Program-made: the position numbers and the translations under genes
The notes under the pieces: model-generated
Database searches by the model: none
The model's input: only the letters and a program-made list of their open reading frames with translations
Told to the model about the DNA's origin: nothing
Shown here: one piece after another, positions 40,601 to 49,600 of the stretch
Numbering within the stretch: position 1 is the first letter of the stretch
How the letters are laid out: every line of letters starts with the position of its first letter
NCBI GenBank assembly: GCA_963668315.1
Contig: OY764216.1
Location: 2,272,001 to 2,336,000 of the forward strand
Direction: 5' to 3'
DNA from: Spirochaetia bacterium
GTDB lineage: Bacteria; Spirochaetota; Spirochaetia; DSM-2461
Length of the DNA stretch: 64,000 bases

Positions 40601-43600
40601 TGTTAACGTCGCAGTATTGAATAACGAGGGAACAATCTATGCTCAGTCCGGGAGTTCGCTGACGGGAGTTTCCTTGGATAATGATTCAGGTGTCGTCAGT
40701 TATTCTGGTGTCGGCGGGACGGGACTGCCCCTGGGAAATAACTATCATGATTTGGTTATAAATGCGGGAAACTGGACATTGAACAGTAATCTTGTCGTTA
40801 ATGGAGATCTGGTTATAAATGGAGGAACTCTTGATGCGGGGATCTATAATATAACGGTATCGGGTGATTTTTCTCACATAGGAGGAACTGTTACCGGGAC
40901 TACGGGGAGTATTACGGTTTCCGGAGACTCCGTCCTTAACAGCTCTATTTCTTATTCCGATGCAGCGGTATTTCAATTCAATGGAGGCTTGTCCTCATCA
41001 ACCGGATCAGTTTCTACAACAATTGGTTCGATAAGCGTCGCAGCAACCAGTAATCTTTTATTAGCAGGAGTGCTGGATGCTGGGAATGGTGGTTCCATAA
41101 ATTTTACTGCAAATGGAAGTATTACACAGACAGGCGGTTCTGTTGATACAGGTACAAGCGGGTCAATTTTTGCTGTAACATATGATGATGATGGTGGAGA
41201 TATTACACTCAATCAGGGGAATACCGCTCTCAGTTTAACTTTACAATCATTGAATAATGCCGGAGATACGATTGTCAGCGGAGATATAATCTATGTTGAT
41301 GATGATGGTTTTACCATGGCTTTGATAGAAACCAATGGGTTTGTTGATCTGACATGTACATCTGCTACGATTAATGATGCTGTAAGCGATATAAATCAGT
41401 CTGGTGATATTACGGCAAGAGATGGTATAGTTTTACGGGGAACGGCAGACATTAGTTTGGACGGCGTCACTTATACGAACAACATAGGTCCGCTGGCGGT
41501 AGATACAACCGGCTGGTTCAATCTTGCAGACGACGGGGATATATCCCTGGGAACAGTTAATTCCCTATCCGGTTTAACGGCTGAGAATATTCAGTTTGAT
41601 CTCACAGGAGCCTCCGATTATTCGGTTAGCGTAACACAGACGGCGACCGCTCCCATTATCTGTACGGGATTGATTCTCGAAGGAAATTACGGCAACTTCC
41701 AACTGGATACGGCGGCAGCTGGTAATCTAGTGGGGACAATTGCCTTATATGGTGATACGAATCCTGTCAGGGCTGTTTACAGCCAAACCACTGTGGGAGA
41801 TGTTACCTTAGGGGAAGTTTATCGTGATTTAGGAGCAGCTGCCGTAAGAACGGGCGCCACAAATGTGGAGAATCTTTCCCTGACTCTGGATCCTACTTCC
41901 GATTTTACCGTGGATAATACAACCGTGGCTTCCTGGGATGTTACGGGAGATTTTTCCCTGACGGCCGATCAATATCTGGACAACTCCATCGATTTAACCA
42001 CCGGAGGAAATGTTTCGCTGAATCTCACGACAGCAACTTTCCTTTCCAATACATGGACCTTTAACGGAACAACAAGTTATGATGACGTGAATAGCTTAAC
42101 CTCTCTGAATGATGTTACTATTACAGGTACAGGAAATTTAACAGCTGCCAGTACCATTTATGTAGCGGGAGACTGGACGAACAGCGGAACGTTTAACCAC
42201 GGAAATCAAACAGTGGAATTTGTATCGGCAACGGAATCCGTTATTTCCGGTGTTACTACTTTTTATAACTTTATCTGCCAGGAACCGGGTAAGACCCTGA
42301 CATTTCTGGATGCGGAAACCCATGTCATTACTAACGATTTGACGATCCAGGGGGATAATTCATCTCTGCCCGCATCGGTCGTGACCCTATCTTCGCTCGG
42401 GACGTGGGGGTTCGACTGGCTTAACGGGGGAACTGCCGATATAGATTATGCCGCTATCGGTAATGGAAATTTGGATAGTAATGATATTACCGCTGACAAT
42501 TCCATAAATTTGGATAACAGCTGTAATCTGGGAGGTTACAGTAACAGCTGGATTTTTTCCGCAAAGGACGTAACCTGGGAAGGTAACACTGATACTCTCT
42601 GGTCTACAGATTCTAACTGGGACTGGAGATTTGTTCCCAATCCCACAGATAACGTTATTATTCCCGATGCGGATACGACAACTTACGATCCGGTGCTGGA
42701 CGGTGATATAACGGTTAATTCTCTGACCTTAGAGACCGATGGAGATCTGGTCGCCTCGACCTACGACATAACTGTTACGGGAGCCTTTTCCATGTCAAAC
42801 GACGGCACGGATTACGCTACGCTTACAGGAGACGGAGGAGATGACGGGCTGGTGGATCTGACTGTTGGGGGAGAAGCCACTCTTAACGGTACGATAAGTT
42901 ATTCAAATGGGGCTGACCTTGTCTTTACCGGAGGTATATCTGCCGGTCAGATGACCGGTTCCATTACAATTACAGACAATGTAACTACTGGCTCTATCAA
43001 TATCAGCGGCGGTACGGGAAATGATCTGCAGTTTAATGGCGGTTTCCTTGATGCCGGAACCGGGTCTATTTCCCTTGATACGAACGGCGGAGATCTCAAT
43101 GATGACGCAACCGATTCGGTTGTCAACCTTATCGCCGACACCATTACTCTGGCTAATATGGGATTTGTCATAGGCCAAAGTGCGAGCGAACCATTGGAAA
43201 CGGCCTCCTCGGGAAATTGTGTGATGACACTTCCTGGAGGAAATGTCGCCATTTATATTGCTCATACCGGTAGTATAAGCCCCGGATTTGGGGGAGACCG
43301 GATTCCACCTTTGGCTGATTACGGATTATCCATAACAGCTACGGGGAATTTGACTATGCCTGCGAATACCATTGAGTCGGGAGATATGCCTCAAACTTTC
43401 CAGGCGGGAGGAACATTAACCATTCCCGCCGCTTGCTCCCTGAGAACAGTAGGCGATGGGGGCGTTACGGGAACTGGTGATATCACCCTGTCTGGTGCTG
43501 CGTTAGCTATAACAGCGGGGGCCGGAACTATTGCTTCTACCGGAACCGGCAATATCAGTCTGACTCAATCCGCTGGAGCTCTCACCTTGGATCGGGCTCT

Positions 43601-46600
43601 ATCGGTTAACTCCGGGGATATTACTGTGGACGGGGAAAATGAAGCCGTGACTATTAATCAGGCCCTAACTTCCGCTTCGGGGAATATCAACCTTTTGGCC
43701 AATAGTTCCAATACGGCTGATCCGGCTAATCTTACTATCGGGGGAATACTATCCGCCGGGGGAAATATATCTCTAACGGCCTATAACGGAACGATAACAC
43801 AGTCCGCAGCCATTTCCGGAGTAACGCTTAATGCGGTCACCTATGATGATAATGGTTCCGATATTATTCTTTCAAACGGGGGCAATGATTTCACTTTCAT
43901 TGATATTCGTTCCAGAGACAATGGGGACGCAAATAATGATACGGGAAATATTAACTATGTCGATGCGGATGGTTTTGATATCGTTCAGTTAGGAACGGCC
44001 GGCTTTGCCGATCTGACCTGTTCTTCCGGGACGCTAAGTGACGGTATTGCAGATATCAGTCAGTCCGGTCCTATTACCGTAGGTAGTCTGGCAGTTCGCG
44101 GTACAGGCGATATCGGCCTGGATGACGATGTGAACAACAGCATTCCCGTACTGGCTGTAAATACAACTGGCTGGCTTGTTTTTTCAGAAAATGAGGATGT
44201 GGAGATAGGTTCTGTTAACGGATTATCCGGTTTAACTGTTACGGAGTATATTACTTTGATTCATAATAATGTTGATTCAAGCTATACCTATTCCATAACG
44301 CAGACGCAGCCAGTAAGCAGCACAAGGCTTATTCTTGAGGGATCTTACGGTAATTTCGTCCTGAATGGAGCGGGCAATCTTATTACCTGGATGGCTCTTA
44401 ACGGAACTGCCGCCGGTACACCGCTGAGAGCTCAGTATACCCAGGATGGAAATATAACCTTCGCCAACATTACCAGATGGGAAACGGATTCATCCACGAT
44501 TTCAAGAGCCGGCATGGCGAATCTGGAAAGCATCGCCTTATCTGCCACATCTGGAGATTTAACCATAGACGGTCCCGATGCCGGTGGTGACGTTCCCTCC
44601 TGGGAAGTAGGGGGCAATTTTACTCTCACATGCGATCAGCTATTCAACAATGGAGCCACCATCAACAGCAGTGGGAATGTCACGCTGACTCTGGGAACGG
44701 CCAGTACCCTGGCTAATACCTGGATTTTCGATGGAACCACCGATTTTCTCATAGCCGGGGCTGCCATTACCTTGAATGATATTCAGGTAGGAAACGGTTC
44801 GGGGGGAACTCTCTCTTTTAACGACGCTTCTCTTACTGATATTGATATAAATGGGGATATCACAGCCAGCAACGGAACCCTTTTGGATTTTACAAATGAT
44901 ACAGTCACCATGGCGGGAGATGTAAATTTCACTGGTTTGACCGGATTAACCTCTGCCAATTCTGACATTTCCTTCGATGACGGAGCACTTCCGGTTCAGA
45001 CGGTGACTTCCGCCGGACAGTCATTCAATAATATAGTTGTTACGGGAGTGGGCATTAGTGCCACCGATGATTTTGATGCAAACGGAACGGCTGATTTCTC
45101 GGCCGGTACCAGCACCGCGACTGCTGCCTTTACAGCGGACGGGCTTATAACATTAGACTCGGGAGCTCCTGTCTTGACCACAACCGGGACGCTAACCGCA
45201 AACGCAGGAATTACAGTCAATACGGGCAGCTTAACTGCCAATGGTGATACCGTTATTGACGGTAATCTTACCGTTTCAGGCTCGGGCTCTATGGGGGGAA
45301 CCGGTAATATTGACGTTAACGGTACAGGAAATGTCAGTTTAAGCGGAACGGGAACTTTCACTTGTAATACCCGAACCATTTTTCTCACGGGAAACTGGAC
45401 GGAAAATATTGGAACCTTTGATGTCTCGGGCGATTCGTCCCTTATCAGATTCGATGGGGGAGGAGCTTCCACAATCAATGGCGTTAACAGTATAGATAAC
45501 TTGACCATAGACAATGGAACGACGCTTGATATAAGTACTAATCCCCTGACCTGTAATAACGATGTTATTGTTAATGGCGTTATAGACAGCAATGGCCAGA
45601 ATCTTACGATACTTGGTACGGTAAGTGATGGGGGAACCCTTACGGATGCTCGTACTTTGCAGACGACGGGAGGGGAAACTCTTGATATTGAAGGGGATAT
45701 CTCCGTAGCCACTTTTACCGTTAATACGGGGACTTCCCCCGTAATACAGGCGGCCTCCGATTTTACTCCCGGTACTTTTACCTGCGAGTTGAGTTCCGTC
45801 GTTCTGGACGGAGGCAATGCGGGCGATCTGGGAGGTTATACTTTCTATGATCTGACCTTTGCGAAGGACGCAGATACGGATGTCATTACGTCCACAGGCG
45901 ACCTAACTGTAACCAACAGCCTGATTATGACTACTGGGGAATGGTACGCCGGTGAGTCTACCCATACCGTTTCCGGCGGCTGGAATTCCACATCGCCTAC
46001 CTTTCTTTTTACCGCAGGTTCTACTACGTCCACCATTATCCTGACCAGCGGTTCCGTTTCGCACCAGACAGGGGAGGGCTTCTACAACTTCACAGCAGAC
46101 GGCAGCATAACCGTATCCTCTGATTTTGAGGCCGGGAATGCTCTACTCATTCCTGAAGCGGGGTCTTTCTCTTCAGTAAACAACAATATAGATGTAACCG
46201 GTAATCTGAATATCTCCAATTCAGGAACCCCGTCGTCCCTGAGTATTACAGGTACGGGATCTCTTTCTATCGGCGGTACAACAGCTATCGGCGCCGGATC
46301 GACCCTTTCCCTTGGGTACGGCCTGGTCGCCCTCGGAAATGATACGGCCGATACGGTCACCAATCTGGGCACCATTACCTCCGTCAGCACAGGAGCAGGA
46401 AATGTAACCTTTGCGGGTGATTATATCGGTATGGGAACGGGTGCTCTCATCGGTTCAACCGCAGGCAATCCCCAGTGGACTTTCGAGCAGAACGCTTCTT
46501 TCGGCTCTGTGACCATGAACGGGGATCCGGTCTGGTTCGATTCGGGCGTACTTACCCATACGCTAACCCTGAATGGTGCTTCCAGCTTCGCTACTGTCGC

Positions 46601-49600
46601 CGTAGGTACTGGCGATATGGTCACTCTGGCCGGAACTGGAAGCTTTACTGCAGCAGTTCTGCAGACGGGAGACACCGCTTCCGACGGGGATTCGGCTGTA
46701 TTTGATGCGTCTTCCATGGAATTCACAATCGCCACTCTCAATAACGGCGGCCATTTTTATCTAGTCGGAGATCAGGTTGCCTCTTCGGTGACAAATTATG
46801 ATATCGATTCGGGAGAAACCTATTTCTACGGGGCCGGTGCTTCCTTAGGCGGTCTGACCACTTTCTACGATCTGACCCTGGCGGGTACGGGCTCAAGAAC
46901 CTTCTCTGCCGCCGTGAATGTCTACCATGACCTGGACGCTTCTGCCGACTTGGGTGTCCATGATCTGAATACGAATACTACGGTTCTTAATTTCAGGGAT
47001 GAGACCGGTGTCGCCGATACGGGAGTGGGAACTTACACTCCCCCAGGAACGGCGGCGAATCTGACTTTTTATGCTTTGGCTATCGAAGGAGGAAACACGC
47101 TTACCGCGGCGGGAGATATTGTCCTTGAACAGAACTGGACCAACAATGGGACTTTTGCTCCCGGAATCTATGATATCTCATTCATAAACGGGACTATCGG
47201 TTCTACTCTTGTCGGCAGCACCACCTTTAATGACTTTACCTGTACCGCCCTTGGCAAGACCATGACATTTACCGACGGCACTACTCAGACGATAAACGGT
47301 GATCTCACCCTGACCGGAGCTTCCGGTGTAGGGAATATGATAAACCTTACCGGAACGAGTAATACCGGTTGGACTTTCGCTAATGTGGGTAATTTAGAGA
47401 CCGTGAATTACGTTACTGTCGCCTATGGTCAGGTGGATAGTAACAGCATAACGGCCGGTAATTCGGTGAATGTCGATGACTCCAGTGAAGTTGATCCCGA
47501 TCCGTTGACAGTCCCCTGTTGGGATTTCACCACCAAGGCTGTGGCCTGGGTAGGAAGCCCGGCGGACAGCGATTGGCAGACCGGTTCCAACTGGAGCTTC
47601 GGCTACGCTCCCAATGATAACGACAACGTGACAATCCCCGATGTTACCGGATCGTCTTTTCTGCAGCCGGTCATTACATCTGCAGATATAAGCGTTAACG
47701 AGCTGACCCTGGACGCGGCCGCCACGCTGGAAGTGGGAGACGGGATGACTCTGTCTATCGGTAGTACCTATACGAATAACGGCATCCTGTACCGATCGGG
47801 GACGTCCTCTGTGACGTCGTCAGTTTATCCTCTGCCCGGACAGACTACTTACAGAGGCACGGGCGGGAATATCCAGGTATACGCGGGCGATGACTATGTG
47901 AACCTGGGGATAGACGGAGTGACAATGGATACGAATAACAACGATCTCTCTGTCACGGGAACGTTAACCGGTACGGGAACTCTCCAGACATCCGGTACGG
48001 AAAATCTAGATATAGCTGGGAATATCACGATTAATCGGATTACAGTACCGAATACTTCCAATTCCACCATACAGGTGGCTTCCGATTTTACTCCGTCGAT
48101 TTTTGATAATGATGGAGCGGGGGGAACTGTCGTTAACGGCTCAATCGTACTGGACGGGGCTAACGATGCCAACCTGGCGGGATTCAGCTACTATAACCTG
48201 ACCTTCGCAAAAACAGCCGATACGGTGGTAATAACTTCTACTGGAAACATAACCGTCGCAAACAGCCTGACCATGATAACCGGCGAATGGGATGCCCAAA
48301 GCTTTACCCACAATATCACCGACAACGTAAACGGCGGTTGGAATTCCACATCCGCTAATTTCCTCTTCAATGCCGGTACATCTTCGATTATTTTGAATAA
48401 CGGAGCCGTATCCCATCAGGCAGGGGAGGGGTTCAATAACTTTACAGCCAATGGCGCCATTACTTTGGGAACAGCTCTGGAGGTGGGGAATGACCTGCTT
48501 GTTTCCGGAGGGAATTCCCTCACTGCTACAGCGGACCGGCAGATCACCGTTGGCGGAAACTACACCAACAACGGCACTCACACGGCTAATGCCGGCTTAC
48601 TGGCAGTTACGGGCAATTTCTCCAATACGGGAACCTTCAACGCCAATTCGGGTACCACTCAGATAAACGGAACAACTGCCAACAGCGGTACCTTCAATGC
48701 CGGGACGGCCCTGTTTGAAGCCAATAACAGCGTGACAAACACGGGAACCTTCAACAGCAGCGGGGAAACCCTGCAGCTGACCGGAGGCGGGACTCTCAAC
48801 GGGTTCGGTGGAGCCTTTGCGGGGACGACGAACAATCTTTATAATCTGATTATTAACTCCGGCGCCTGGACTACAACCAGCGATCTGACGGTACGGAATT
48901 TGATACAAATCAACGGAGGGAGCCTGAATACGGACAGCGATAGTGTTACTACCGGAATCCTCCGGCTGCTGGGCGGAACCATGACTTCCGGTACTACTGC
49001 CGGTAATACGGTCACTGTAGCCACCGGGGAATTTCTCATGAATGATGCTGCTTCCTCCTTTACGGGTATTTCCCCCGTAACGGTGACCTTGGGCGATATG
49101 AACCTGGGGCTGGGAGATTTCTCCCCTTCCGGAACCGTTGATATTACTGCGGGAAACCTCAATGTGTCCAACACCGGTGCTAAGACTCCTTCCGGAGCCA
49201 TCTCCGTCGGGGGTGCTTCCAACTTTACGGGAGGCACCTTTACTTCCGGCGGTACTTTTACTTCCTCCAGCCTCGTAACGGTAAACGGAGGAACCCTGAC
49301 CGCGAATGCCCTGTTGACGGCTAACGGGGGTATGACTGTGACATCGGGTACTCTGGACGGTACCGGAGACATGGATGTTAACGGTACTGTGAATCTTAAC
49401 GGAGGCACTTTGACCGCCGGAGCAAGAAATATGAATGTCTCGGGCGACTGGACGGAAACGGCAGCAGTTCTGGCCGCCGGCACTTCCCTGGTTACCTTTG
49501 ATACGGGGGCTTCCCAGATAACCGCAGTCAATCCTTTCTATAATCTGACCGCCGACTGCGCTGCAACTCTTCTTTCCGATATTACCGTCGGCGGAGATCT

